A stretch of DNA of 64,000 nt, from assembly GCA_024683775.1 (NCBI GenBank), contig GCA_024683775.1_4106.1. One strand, 5' to 3'. Source of the DNA: a phage. Below, piece after piece: positions 49,586-63,617 of this stretch. The first letter of the stretch is position 1, and each line of letters opens with the position of its first letter. The translations under genes and the position numbers were made by a program. The notes beneath the pieces are model-generated. The model ran no database searches. It had not been told where the DNA came from and saw only the letters and a list, made by a program, of their open reading frames with translations.

Positions 49586-50092
49586 ATGAGTGTTGAATAT
49601 TGGTTTTTGTTTATATGTCTTGGTACACTAGTACTGATTACATTGGGCTTAATCTTCAATACGGTAATCAGTGGTAGTAATTACTTCAAGTCCTTTCAAC
49701 TTCTAATGTCAGCTATGCAGTACAGTGACGAGGCAGAAGAAACCACTACATTGATTTTGAATAAACTTGAAGCTAACTTACTGGTTGCTAAAATTTCTTC
49801 GTGTAATACAAATATTGTATTTTATGCATCACCCGTGGACATTAATGGGTACGAAATGAGTTACCAGCCAGCCGTTGCTGAAATTTTTATTGGTTCTAAG
49901 TATTATGCATATGGATATATCCGAAAGTATTATACTGAAGCAAAAGCCGAGCTAACAAAGAAACGACCGTCAATTAAGACATTAAAGCGTATCATCGCAC
50001 TAGAAAAGAAACTACGAGGTGATGTGACAAAAAATGATTCACCCACTGTAGTAAATACAAAGAAAAAAAATAACGTAGTGGAGTTGGATTAA
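49586..50092 (+). CDS. membrane-anchored protein
   Basis: N-terminal TM segment. Confidence 0.45.
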   Translation: MSVEYWFLFICLGTLVLITLGLIFNTVISGSNYFKSFQLLMSAMQYSDEAEETTTLILNKLEANLLVAKISSCNTNIVFYASPVDINGYEMSYQPAVAEIFIGSKYYAYGYIRKYYTEAKAELTKKRPSIKTLKRIIALEKKLRGDVTKNDSPTVVNTKKKNNVVELD

Positions 50093-50397
50093 TGGACGCA
50101 GATAAATCAAACAGTATTCTTATTGATGTACAAACGAAGTTATTAGATGTTATGGAAATCATCAAAGATTTACCACAAGGATATCAGTTTAAAGTTCGTG
50201 AAATGTTATCTTGTGCAGAAACGGTTGTGTCTATGTACAATGATGTGCAGCATGGAATTATCCCTGAAATTCTTCAAGATGGTCTAAATATTAACACAAA
50301 GATTCCAGCACAAGAGCCTGAAGAGGTTGTTCAGCCTGAACCAGAACCTCCTTTACGTAAAGTACTGGATCTGTCTGGCATCAAAATTAACATCTAA
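50092..50397 (+). CDS. hypothetical protein
   Basis: ORF. Confidence 0.45.
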   Translation: MDADKSNSILIDVQTKLLDVMEIIKDLPQGYQFKVREMLSCAETVVSMYNDVQHGIIPEILQDGLNINTKIPAQEPEEVVQPEPEPPLRKVLDLSGIKINI

Positions 50398-50419
50398 AAT
50401 ACATTCAATAGGAGAAGTA

Positions 50420-50569
50420 ATGAGTAATCAAAAAATCGACTTAGTAGTAAAACTTCAAGAGATTCAAGCACTAGCTAAAGAACTTGATGAAAAACGTGCA
50501 GCAGCAGTTGATTCACTGTGTGCAACAATCCTGACTGTTTTTGCAGATTACGAAAAGAAATCTGATTAA
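50420..50569 (+). CDS. hypothetical small protein (about 50 aa)
   Basis: ATG at 50420 after AGGAGAAG; track ORF 50327 starts far upstream. Confidence 0.35.
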   Translation: MSNQKIDLVVKLQEIQALAKELDEKRAAAVDSLCATILTVFADYEKKSD

Positions 50570-50580
50570 ACATTACTTTA

Positions 50581-50608
50581 TACCCAGTCTAGTACTGGGT
50601 ATTTTTTT
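50581..50608 (+). terminator. intrinsic terminator
   Basis: TACCCAGT-loop-ACTGGGTA hairpin followed by TTTTTTT. Confidence 0.7.
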
Positions 50609-50619
50609 AAGGAAATAAA

Positions 50620-51012
50620 ATGACTGAATCTGAACTACGTGAAATGATAGATTTCATTTATGAAATGGTGCAAGATAAAAATAACATCAATACAATTATT
50701 TCTGGTCCAAGACAAATTGGTAACCAAATGACATATTCTTTATCTTTGTGGATAAACCAGAACTACAAAGTTGATTGTTTGTATTTTCGTCCTGATATTG
50801 ATGCTTATTATTTTGTAAATCATGATGCATTAATGAAACCAAATAAGCGTCCAGTTGATGATGCCTTTGTGACGCACCCATTTTATCTGGCTGATTCCGA
50901 AGAAGATGAGTTTCAAAAGAACACAACGTTAAGCCCAGGTGAAATTTGCATCCCTTACACACTAAAAGATAAAATGATTTACATCACAGAAGTTATGAAA
51001 ACATGCTGGTAA
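50620..51012 (+). CDS. hypothetical protein
   Basis: ORF after AAGGAAATAAA. Confidence 0.5.
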   Translation: MTESELREMIDFIYEMVQDKNNINTIISGPRQIGNQMTYSLSLWINQNYKVDCLYFRPDIDAYYFVNHDALMKPNKRPVDDAFVTHPFYLADSEEDEFQKNTTLSPGEICIPYTLKDKMIYITEVMKTCW

Positions 51013-51021
51013 GTGCAATGA

Positions 51022-51035
51022 AACTCTGATATAAT
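51022..51035 (+). promoter_or_regulatory. extended -10 promoter (CTGATATAAT)
   Basis: TGnTATAAT. Confidence 0.45.
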
Positions 51036-51060
51036 ACAAATAATGATAATAGGAGGATAT

Positions 51061-51279
51061 ATGAAATTTATTAATTTTGATATTTCTAAGGTCAAAGAAT
51101 TATTTGTAAGAAATGCAGTTTATGATATCATGTTACATAACGGTACTGTACAAGAAGATGTTGTATTGTTTTCGTTTGATGGTGAAAATCTCGAAACTAT
51201 ATATAAATTCAGCAACTTAGATGGTGACTTTTGGGAAACCAGTGCTGTTAAAATGTATAGAATTAAAAAGGAGCATTAA
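51061..51279 (+). CDS. hypothetical small protein
   Basis: ATG at 51061 after AGGAGGATAT. Confidence 0.45.
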   Translation: MKFINFDISKVKELFVRNAVYDIMLHNGTVQEDVVLFSFDGENLETIYKFSNLDGDFWETSAVKMYRIKKEH

Positions 51280-51280
51280 T

Positions 51281-51769
51281 ATGCCAATTCGTGGTGTCCC
51301 AGAACCATTAACTGAAGTTATTAAGCATGTTCGCATTGGAGATCGAGAAGTTAATCTGCGACGTGGTAATATATATTACTTTAAAACTTCAGATATGAGT
51401 TCTGTGCAGATTGTCATTGGTACATCTATTATGATTACTCGCGTACTTGATGGTAGTACTGACTTCGTTGGGTACAATGTACTTACTAATAAAGTAACAC
51501 ATACATATAAATGGAGTGGATATAAAACTATTAAGTATGAATTTGACTTAGCTAGAACTGAAGAAGAACGATTTATGCTGAGTACTATCAATCCAGCAAA
51601 CTATCCAGATCTTGATGCATTTTTGCTAATTTTAAAATTGTATAATGAAGCAAATCAGAAAGCTAAAGAGTATGATAGAATCATGTATGAACGCCGAAAA
51701 GAACGTGCACAAAAAAGTTATGATCTGTATGATAGCCCATACGTGAAATATAGTAAGGGGTCGAAATGA
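51281..51769 (+). CDS. FQxS-motif paralogue family member (divergent)
   Basis: EEERFMLSTINPA motif; ATG at 51281 after AAGGAGCATTAAT. Confidence 0.45.
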   Translation: MPIRGVPEPLTEVIKHVRIGDREVNLRRGNIYYFKTSDMSSVQIVIGTSIMITRVLDGSTDFVGYNVLTNKVTHTYKWSGYKTIKYEFDLARTEEERFMLSTINPANYPDLDAFLLILKLYNEANQKAKEYDRIMYERRKERAQKSYDLYDSPYVKYSKGSK

Positions 51770-52170
51770 ATAAAGAAGTTCAAATTATCATAACTCCACC
51801 TATACAAAGTCTGGATGTATCCATTAGTGATTTTTTGGAAAAATACTATGAATGGTTTAATGAAGATTCAGTAATTTATAACCATTCATTACCTGATGGT
51901 TTCGTTGAGCTTATTGAATTAAATGCCAAATCACTATACTTCTGTGTTGAATACAATGATTATATGACAGATGAAGCATATCGTTTTCGTTGTACATTGT
52001 ATCCTAACCATTTTTCCATTGGTTATAAAGACTATCAGTACTGCACCACAAACTATAGTGTAGAGGAAGAATTTCAGTACAATTTACTTTATCCTGATTT
52101 AGATTATACGATTGCAGTACTGTTGACTAAAATCATGGATTTTTATAAAGATAAATATAATGCATCCTAA
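51766..52170 (+). CDS. FQxS-motif paralogue family member (divergent)
   Basis: EEEFQYNLLYPDL motif. Confidence 0.45.
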   Translation: MNKEVQIIITPPIQSLDVSISDFLEKYYEWFNEDSVIYNHSLPDGFVELIELNAKSLYFCVEYNDYMTDEAYRFRCTLYPNHFSIGYKDYQYCTTNYSVEEEFQYNLLYPDLDYTIAVLLTKIMDFYKDKYNAS

Positions 52171-52345
52171 GACATTTGATGAGTGGTTTAATCTACACTA
52201 TAATATAAATGCAGCAGATATATACTATTTTAAGCTTGAATTGTATATATCATTGCGTAACCCAATCGAATACTATAACAACATCATCAATTGTGATGAT
52301 TTTGGTACATATTTTAGTATAGCAGTCATGGACAAAATAAGATGA
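52160..52345 (+). CDS. hypothetical small protein
   Basis: ORF. Confidence 0.35.
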   Translation: MHPKTFDEWFNLHYNINAADIYYFKLELYISLRNPIEYYNNIINCDDFGTYFSIAVMDKIR

Positions 52346-52512
52346 CACACAAAGAATGGTTAGATGAACTAAAATTTAAACATAATCCTTTTGGTTTTGG
52401 TATACGCCAAGGTCATTATGATGTGTTAAAAGATAAACAACTTTTCAAATCATTTGTACTTGATGAGGATAGTAATCACTGGTACATCTATGAGCTTGCA
52501 ATTAGGAAATAG
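52342..52512 (+). CDS. small MTHxEW-family protein (56 aa), paralogue of the 53846..54332 triplet
   Basis: Not in ORF track (under 60 aa); translation MTHKEWLDELKF...; ATGA overlap with upstream ORF. Confidence 0.4.
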   Translation: MTHKEWLDELKFKHNPFGFGIRQGHYDVLKDKQLFKSFVLDEDSNHWYIYELAIRK

Positions 52513-52522
52513 AAGATATAGT

Positions 52523-52871
<349 letters not shown>

Positions 52872-52884
52872 CGAGGAATCCAAA

Positions 52885-53082
52885 GTGACTAAAGCAGAAC
52901 TTGTAGCATTATTGGAATCATATCCCGATGATGCATGTATTGAAGTTGTTCATAGTGCGAGACATTTTGACATTGAAGATGTAGTACGTTATAATGACAA
53001 AGGTGTGCTCATCATGGAACTATGTATTGGTGAAATGAAAACTATACCCGAATCAGAAAAACGTAAAAATAGTAAACCGTAA
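52885..53082 (+). CDS. hypothetical small protein (GTG start)
   Basis: GAGGA RBS followed by GTG. Confidence 0.4.
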   Translation: MTKAELVALLESYPDDACIEVVHSARHFDIEDVVRYNDKGVLIMELCIGEMKTIPESEKRKNSKP

Positions 53083-53092
53083 GGAAAATAAA

Positions 53093-53311
53093 ATGGAATC
53101 TACTCTATTAGAAGTTATTAACTCATTAAACGCTGGCGACAATGTACAAGTACTCCTTCAGGGATACCGTGTAAAAGGTTCAGTAGTTTTAGTTAATGAC
53201 ACCACTGTTGTTGTAACTGAAACTAACCCGTTTGACAGTAATGAGCTTGCTAATATCCATATTGATATTAAAAGTATTATTGGTGTTGGTGTAACTAAAC
53301 CACAAGAATAA
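53093..53311 (+). CDS. hypothetical small protein
   Basis: ORF after AAGGAAAATAAA. Confidence 0.45.
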   Translation: MESTLLEVINSLNAGDNVQVLLQGYRVKGSVVLVNDTTVVVTETNPFDSNELANIHIDIKSIIGVGVTKPQE

Positions 53312-53332
53312 CAATTGTTATTGGGGATTACT

Positions 53333-53605
53333 ATGCATTTTGAAAAATTCAATACAAATCGTAACACACGCATTGACGTTCTTTATGAAACACAAGACTC
53401 AATAAGCATTCGTACACGTAGTGGTGATGTATATCATGACTGTACTATTGGTTGGGAACAGGGAAGAACACGTAGTGCAGAATTCGATAACTATCGCTTC
53501 TACCAAGGGGACACCACAATCTGGCCTGAACACGTAGAAGATATTGCGATTGAAGATGAACATAAAGATGAATTTATAAAATTTAATCCCGAAACCGAAT
53601 CATAA
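53333..53605 (+). CDS. hypothetical small protein
   Basis: ATG at 53333. Confidence 0.4.
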   Translation: MHFEKFNTNRNTRIDVLYETQDSISIRTRSGDVYHDCTIGWEQGRTRSAEFDNYRFYQGDTTIWPEHVEDIAIEDEHKDEFIKFNPETES

Positions 53606-53619
53606 ATATTGGAACAGAC

Positions 53620-53737
<118 letters not shown>

Positions 53738-53741
53738 AAAA

Positions 53742-53828
<87 letters not shown>

Positions 53829-53845
53829 CAATTAAAGGTTAAACC

Positions 53846-54006
<161 letters not shown>

Positions 54007-54010
<4 letters not shown>

Positions 54011-54167
54011 CACATGAAGAATGGATGAATGACATTAATTTTAGATATTCGGGTATCGGTAAATGGCTAAAGTATCATTGGGAATTCATTTCAGAGCCAC
54101 ATCTGTATGATAAACTTATCAACGATCCAGCATATGAAATGTACTTAATTGAACTACTGGTACGAAT

Positions 54168-54171
<4 letters not shown>
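54007..54171 (+). CDS. small MTHEEW-family protein (54 aa), tandem copy 2
   Basis: MTHEEWMNDINFRYSGIGKW...; ATGA overlap; first ~55 nt nearly identical to copy 1. Confidence 0.45.
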
Positions 54172-54763
<592 letters not shown>

Positions 54764-54767
<4 letters not shown>

Positions 54768-54792
54768 CTAAATAGTTCAGTACTGATATAAT
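54764..54792 (+). promoter_or_regulatory. repeated promoter cassette, copy 2
   Basis: TTGACTAAATAGTTCAGTACTGATATAAT. Confidence 0.6.
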
Positions 54793-54867
54793 GAATTCCA
54801 CAATCAGACGTATATGGTGTAAGTTACGTCGATGTAATCCAGAACAAGATCTCTGGTACTCTAGGAA

Positions 54868-55077
54868 GTGGTGAATGTTAACCTAGACGGGTTTGATAAT
54901 TGGACGATAGGCAATTATTACTTGACTAGCAGGTTTAAACTAGAGGTGACAGTCCTTTACCAAACTGGAAAACCGGATGGACTTTTATTTAAAAGGGTAA
55001 GGCGTGGAAATATGTTTACAGTAGTTGCTTTTAGTAGCCTGTACGCCCCACGTAAAGGTAGCCGAAAGGCAAGTTAA
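54868..55077 (+). CDS. hypothetical small basic protein (doubtful; region may instead be an RNA)
   Basis: ORF lies in a GC-richer segment with hairpins such as GCCGAAAGGC. Confidence 0.25.
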   Translation: MVNVNLDGFDNWTIGNYYLTSRFKLEVTVLYQTGKPDGLLFKRVRRGNMFTVVAFSSLYAPRKGSRKAS

Positions 55078-55155
55078 AACGGGTGGTTATAAAGCTGAAT
55101 TAACAGCGGCGTTTAAAAGCGTCACCATCCATTTTTTTTAATTAAAGTTGGTGAT

Positions 55156-55533
<378 letters not shown>

Positions 55534-55544
55534 GATTAAGTACT

Positions 55545-56109
<565 letters not shown>

Positions 56110-56125
56110 ATCAGTACTTTATTAT

Positions 56126-56258
<133 letters not shown>

Positions 56259-56262
56259 AATC

Positions 56263-56352
56263 GGTCCCGTTGCCTAGCGTCCGAAGGCAGCCGACTCATA
56301 ATCGGTCACAGTTAATGACACACCACTGGTTAGAATCCAGTCGGGACCACCA
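56263..56352 (+). tRNA. tRNA-like, anticodon CAT, atypical long variable region and T loop TTAGAAT
   Basis: Acceptor GGTCCCG/CGGGACC, anticodon arm GCCGA-CTCATAA-TCGGT, encoded CCA. Confidence 0.5.
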
Positions 56353-56356
56353 ATTA

Positions 56357-56429
56357 GACTCTGTAGTTCAGTTGGTAGAACGCTTCACTCATAATGAAGA
56401 AGTCGCTGGTTCAATCCCAGTACTGACCA
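56357..56429 (+). tRNA. tRNA-like, anticodon CAT; acceptor stem not pairable by eye (possible pseudo-tRNA)
   Basis: Canonical D arm TAGTTCAGTTGGTAGAAC, anticodon arm CTTCA-CTCATAA-TGAAG, T arm GCTGG-TTCAATC-CCAGT. Confidence 0.45.
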
Positions 56430-56438
56430 CAAAAAAAA

Positions 56439-58136
<1,698 letters not shown>

Positions 58137-58206
58137 AATATTCTCCTGAATTTTCTAAAAGTTATAATAATATTTAGTTACAATATTTATGATATAGATT
58201 AAAAAG

Positions 58207-58236
58207 TTGAAATGTGTTCAAAAAATGTGGTATAAT
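58207..58236 (+). promoter_or_regulatory. sigma70-like promoter TTGAAA-18-TGgTATAAT
   Basis: Consensus elements with extended -10. Confidence 0.55.
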
Positions 58237-58261
58237 ACCTCTGTTGTTCACGGAAAGATTA

Positions 58262-58484
<223 letters not shown>

Positions 58485-58493
58485 TCAAAATTC

Positions 58494-58575
<82 letters not shown>

Positions 58576-58584
58576 TAAAACAAA

Positions 58585-58668
58585 TGGTAGTTAGCATATC
58601 GGCCTTATGCAACGGACTGTTAATCCGTGTCAGAAATGACAAGACTGGTTCGACTCCAGTACTACCAG
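58585..58668 (+). tRNA. tRNA with anticodon GTT (Asn-type) but a 15-nt variable arm
   Basis: Acceptor TGGTAGT/ACTACCA, D arm GCAT...ATGC, anticodon arm ACGGA-CTGTTAA-TCCGT, variable hairpin GTCA-GAAA-TGAC, T arm ACTGG-TTCGACT-CCAGT. Confidence 0.6.
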
Positions 58669-58733
58669 CAAAACAATCATGAACCTCGGAACAATAAATA
58701 ATATCATACAGGATATTATGAGGTCTAAGGTTC

Positions 58734-59276
58734 ATGGGACGAAAACAATCAGAAGAAACACGTAAAAAAATAGCTGAATCATTAAAGGCTAAAAGTTCTA
58801 AATTACCAGAGAATGAAATAATTCAAAAATATTTAAATGGTATGCCAATTTACGGTTTAGCCAAAGAATATAAGTGTAATAGATCAAGAATAAATGATAT
58901 CGTTGAATCACATGGTGTTAAACGACCAAAATCAACCAATGAAATGCGATTTTGTGAAATACACAATAAGAATTATGAATTAAATTCACAAGGTAAATGG
59001 AAATGTTTAAAATGTGACAGTCAACGTGTTTCTGATAGACGTAGAAAATTAAAAATACTAGCCGTTGAATACAAAGGCGGTTGTTGTGAAAAGTGTGGAT
59101 ATGATAAATGCATTGCCGCATTAGAATTCCATCATGTTGATCCTTCACAGAAAGATTATTCAATTAGTCAAGAAGGTGCAACTCGTTCTTTTGAAAAAAT
59201 TAAAATAGAACTGGATAAATGTATTATGGTTTGTGCAAATTGTCATCGTGAGATTCATGATGATGAACGACAATAA
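58734..59276 (+). CDS. HNH homing endonuclease (Mob-like, NUMOD3-type N-terminus)
   Basis: GRKQSEETRKKIAESLK motif; C-terminal CxxC ... HHVD ... CANCH. Confidence 0.75.
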   Translation: MGRKQSEETRKKIAESLKAKSSKLPENEIIQKYLNGMPIYGLAKEYKCNRSRINDIVESHGVKRPKSTNEMRFCEIHNKNYELNSQGKWKCLKCDSQRVSDRRRKLKILAVEYKGGCCEKCGYDKCIAALEFHHVDPSQKDYSISQEGATRSFEKIKIELDKCIMVCANCHREIHDDERQ

Positions 59277-59279
59277 TTT

Positions 59280-59549
<270 letters not shown>

Positions 59550-59557
59550 GAATTTAA

Positions 59558-59959
59558 ATGAAAAAGAATGACTTGATCAAAATGCTTCAAGAGATTGACG
59601 GCAATCCAGAGATTGTTATTTGGAATGGATATGTCGATGATTATATGAACATCGAAAAAGGCTTGACTAAAATCACTCTAGTCAAAGAAACTGAACAGTT
59701 CCTTCTGGAAGCATTAGTGCACGAATGGTGCAAACGTAACAATACATTCGACATTCCAGAAGATCAACGAACTAAGATTGCAGAACAAGCTAAAAAACTT
59801 CATAAGAAACGTGAATACGATTTCCAGAACCCACATGTTACTGAAGACGAATTCAATCACTGGTACGGTAAAAAGAAATTGACAAAATATGTCATTTCAC
59901 CTAAACTACGTGGTAAGACTTCACTTGGTGTCTTCAACGCCGCTGACTTAAACTACTAG
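59558..59959 (+). CDS. hypothetical protein (paralogous N-terminus with 59972..60187)
   Basis: MKKNDLIKMLQEIDGNPEIVIW versus MKAKDLIKILQNNPEADILIH. Confidence 0.45.
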   Translation: MKKNDLIKMLQEIDGNPEIVIWNGYVDDYMNIEKGLTKITLVKETEQFLLEALVHEWCKRNNTFDIPEDQRTKIAEQAKKLHKKREYDFQNPHVTEDEFNHWYGKKKLTKYVISPKLRGKTSLGVFNAADLNY

Positions 59960-59968
59960 CGGGTATTA

Positions 59969-60236
<268 letters not shown>

Positions 60237-60281
60237 GATTCCCGATTCAGTAGCTTATAAAGCAGTTCCGTGTGTGCCTAT

Positions 60282-60334
<53 letters not shown>

Positions 60335-60335
60335 T

Positions 60336-60373
<38 letters not shown>

Positions 60374-60392
60374 AGAGGTACTTCGAGTATGC

Positions 60393-60501
<109 letters not shown>

Positions 60502-60520
60502 AAATCTTAGTAAGAAAATA

Positions 60521-60723
<203 letters not shown>

Positions 60724-60774
60724 GCCTCCCCTCAATGCGAAAGAGTATAGAGACTTGTTGGTTATCTTACTTCT

Positions 60775-60853
<79 letters not shown>

Positions 60854-60870
60854 CAAAATAAAGGTACACT

Positions 60871-61296
60871 ATGACATACAACATTGTTAAAATGGTGAAC
60901 TACGTATTAAAAAACAACGCATGGTCACTACATGATGTACAATTAAAAGATATTGGTGAAGTTAGAGTTTTTTGCTATGATGACGATTTGAACGAAACCA
61001 CTGATTTGAGTAAATGTTTTAATATTTTTCTTGGTTATGAAATCAATGATCATTTTTATTCATTTGATGTGTATTTTGAACGAGTTAAAATCAGAATTTA
61101 TTCAGTAGATAATGATTTTTATGATTATGATAACGAATCAATTGAATTGAATTTTAACGATATTGATACTGAAGAAAAATTCTTCCAGTACTGTCTCGTA
61201 AACGATCTAAATGGATTGACATTTGAGGACATTAGTGCTATCCTTAAAGTTAAAAGATTGATTCCAGAAGAGGTTCCAAATCCGTTTAATGACTAG
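60871..61296 (+). CDS. FQxS-motif paralogue family member
   Basis: EEKFFQYCLVNDL motif. Confidence 0.55.
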   Translation: MTYNIVKMVNYVLKNNAWSLHDVQLKDIGEVRVFCYDDDLNETTDLSKCFNIFLGYEINDHFYSFDVYFERVKIRIYSVDNDFYDYDNESIELNFNDIDTEEKFFQYCLVNDLNGLTFEDISAILKVKRLIPEEVPNPFND

Positions 61297-61648
61297 TTTA
61301 ATAACTCGTATAATGCAAGATGTTCGTAAGAATCTTTATACTGGTAATTTTGATGATCCTAACATAAAAATATTATGTTATGATGTATTCACACTGGTAC
61401 ACCCATCTGAATCTAATAATATATACATAGCATATACTTCTCCTGATATTTTGTATCAATTTGATTTATATAGTACAATGGCTAAGATAACATTAGATGT
61501 TTCTAAGGAGCCATTTTTTATAGCAGTACATGATTTTGAGTACACAGAAGAGTCATTATTCCAGTACTCAATGATAAATGACATTGGTGACTTGACATTA
61601 GAAGAGATAAATGTTATAGTTGGTATGTGTCGTTTGATTAATCCATAA
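61289..61648 (+). CDS. FQxS-motif paralogue family member
   Basis: EESLFQYSMINDI motif. Confidence 0.55.
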   Translation: MTSLITRIMQDVRKNLYTGNFDDPNIKILCYDVFTLVHPSESNNIYIAYTSPDILYQFDLYSTMAKITLDVSKEPFFIAVHDFEYTEESLFQYSMINDIGDLTLEEINVIVGMCRLINP

Positions 61649-61661
61649 CTCGGAGCTTAAT

Positions 61662-61853
61662 ATGTTTTTGAATTTGTTATGCTTATTTGGTCGTACATTG
61701 GTTCTTGCTATTATTCATACACCTGGTATTCGTAATTATGTTTCTTATGAATTTAAGAAAAATTACCACAACAACACTGAAGTTCGTGTAACTAAGATGT
61801 GCAAAGACTTCAATGGAGATGTTCAACCATTCAAGAAGTACGAGGATGAATAA
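61662..61853 (+). CDS. hypothetical small protein
   Basis: ORF. Confidence 0.4.
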   Translation: MFLNLLCLFGRTLVLAIIHTPGIRNYVSYEFKKNYHNNTEVRVTKMCKDFNGDVQPFKKYEDE

Positions 61854-62137
61854 TGGAATTTATTGTTGCACCTGATGAACTAAAAACATTCACGTTCCGA
61901 GACAATAACAATTATCCTTATATAAATCATTCATTGAATTCATTGCATGTTATTTCAATCATTGCATCTGAATACAGAGACAATCCATGTATTGATTTTA
62001 AAACCACTGATGGTGAATATACATGGGTAGTTCCGAACGATAAATACAGTTATCAGGGTGCAGTGGAGATCCGCGACTCGATTCTAAAGCAAATCGAAGA
62101 TGGACATACTCATCCTAAACTAAACATTCAGTACTGA
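61853..62137 (+). CDS. hypothetical protein
   Basis: ORF. Confidence 0.45.
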   Translation: MEFIVAPDELKTFTFRDNNNYPYINHSLNSLHVISIIASEYRDNPCIDFKTTDGEYTWVVPNDKYSYQGAVEIRDSILKQIEDGHTHPKLNIQY

Positions 62138-62152
62138 AATCGTTTAACCGGA

Positions 62153-62198
62153 TAGCTTCTAGTCGGTACTGAATTCCTCCTTTTGTCTAGAAGCTATC
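62153..62198. repeat. 12-bp inverted repeat GATAGCTTCTAG / CTAGAAGCTATC enclosing a 22-nt loop
   Basis: Perfect inverted repeat in a non-coding stretch; adjacent TTCAGTACTGAA palindrome at 62140. Confidence 0.5.
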
Positions 62199-62328
62199 AC
62201 TCTTTTAAAGTATAATGATATCACCCTCATGGTTCATTATATTCGTTACCCTCTAACAGTATCTTTTTTATTCCTCTTTGATACTGTATTTTAGAAGTTG
62301 ACATTTTTACTTCTACTGTGTTATACTT

Positions 62329-62360
62329 AAGGCTGATTCATAATGAATCGGCCTTTTTTT
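62329..62360 (+). terminator. hairpin plus U-run between a promoter-like site and the next ORF (terminator or attenuator)
   Basis: AAGGCTGATTCA-TAA-TGAATCGGCCTT followed by TTTTTTT; TTGACA-17-TATACT at 62298..62326. Confidence 0.55.
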
Positions 62361-62378
62361 CTTGTGGGGATTAATGTA

Positions 62379-62795
62379 ATGAATAAAGAAGTTATTAGTT
62401 TAATGGATGAGTATATCAACCAAACATATCGTTTTATATTTTTTAATGCATTTGAGTCCAGAACAACGTATTATTCTGGTGAATATGAGATAATAACTGG
62501 ATCATTTCTTAACGGATACATGGAGTTTTTAGAACAAAGCGATAATGTGTTCATTTCCATATCTGAAAAACATGGTAATGATTATGTTATTGATATGTGG
62601 CCTAATAAAGTAGAGATTGATACCACGCACAAAATCGTAATTGATGTGGATGAATCGTTGTATGATTTAACTGAAGATATGTACATGCAACTAAATTTCG
62701 TATACGATCTAACTAACATAAGTTATTCTAATCTAAGTAAATTATTTTATATTTGTGGTGTACTACATAAAAACGTACAACAAAATAAAGGATAA
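62379..62795 (+). CDS. FQxS-motif paralogue family member (divergent)
   Basis: EDMYMQLNFVYDL motif; track start 62343 lies in the hairpin, so ATG at 62379 is used. Confidence 0.5.
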   Translation: MNKEVISLMDEYINQTYRFIFFNAFESRTTYYSGEYEIITGSFLNGYMEFLEQSDNVFISISEKHGNDYVIDMWPNKVEIDTTHKIVIDVDESLYDLTEDMYMQLNFVYDLTNISYSNLSKLFYICGVLHKNVQQNKG

Positions 62796-62803
62796 ACATT
62801 TAA

Positions 62804-63208
62804 ATGTTGAAAATTCCACCACATACACTATCTATGCTAATTGAAAATGGTGTAATATTTTCTGAAGGGTGTAGTTCATTCTATACATGTGACGTAGACC
62901 CGTATACATTTGAATACCGTTCATTTAAAAATACATTGAGTGTTCCATGTGAAGCTTCTGACAACATTGTACTTGTCGTTTCGTTCTATGGTGTGCCAAA
63001 ATTCTTCATTGATATATATTATGATTCTTTTAAGATACAAACATACGATCATTTTCTTGGTGAAGTGCTCTTGCAAATGCAGATTGAACATGTTACTATA
63101 GATGAAGATATGTTCTTTCAGCTATCTACATTATACGATATGTGTGGATTGTCAGTTGACAACATAAATGGTATATTTGAAATTGCCAGAAACCTACGAG
63201 GAAGATGA
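62804..63208 (+). CDS. FQxS-motif paralogue family member
   Basis: EDMFFQLSTLYDM motif. Confidence 0.55.
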   Translation: MLKIPPHTLSMLIENGVIFSEGCSSFYTCDVDPYTFEYRSFKNTLSVPCEASDNIVLVVSFYGVPKFFIDIYYDSFKIQTYDHFLGEVLLQMQIEHVTIDEDMFFQLSTLYDMCGLSVDNINGIFEIARNLRGR

Positions 63209-63209
63209 T

Positions 63210-63617
63210 ATGAATAAAATTTTAAGTGATAATGAGGTTGATATTGTCATTGATGTGCTTGAAAACAGTAATACATTTGAGAAGAAACACAGTACTGTAT
63301 ACTTCGGTAAAGATTGCTGGTTGAGCTATATATCTGATAATTCGTTTGTAATTCGTGTTGAAACGGGTGATATTGGATTTACGGTACATGCGGCACATAC
63401 CAAAACTGATAAACAAATCACTGTTATTGCTGACACGCCAAGTATCTGGGATAGAATTGATGATTGTGAACACTACACGTCAACATTCTATGATACAGAA
63501 GAAGAACATTTCATGGATAGTACGGTCAAAGAATTAACTATTCCATTTAAACTTATGAAAGCAGCAAGAGATTTTATTTTAAAATACAAAAAAATAGGAG
63601 TTGATGATGCAATTTAA
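63210..63617 (+). CDS. FQxS-motif paralogue family member
   Basis: EEEHFMDSTVKEL motif; start moved to ATG at 63210 after GAGGAAG. Confidence 0.5.
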   Translation: MNKILSDNEVDIVIDVLENSNTFEKKHSTVYFGKDCWLSYISDNSFVIRVETGDIGFTVHAAHTKTDKQITVIADTPSIWDRIDDCEHYTSTFYDTEEEHFMDSTVKELTIPFKLMKAARDFILKYKKIGVDDAI

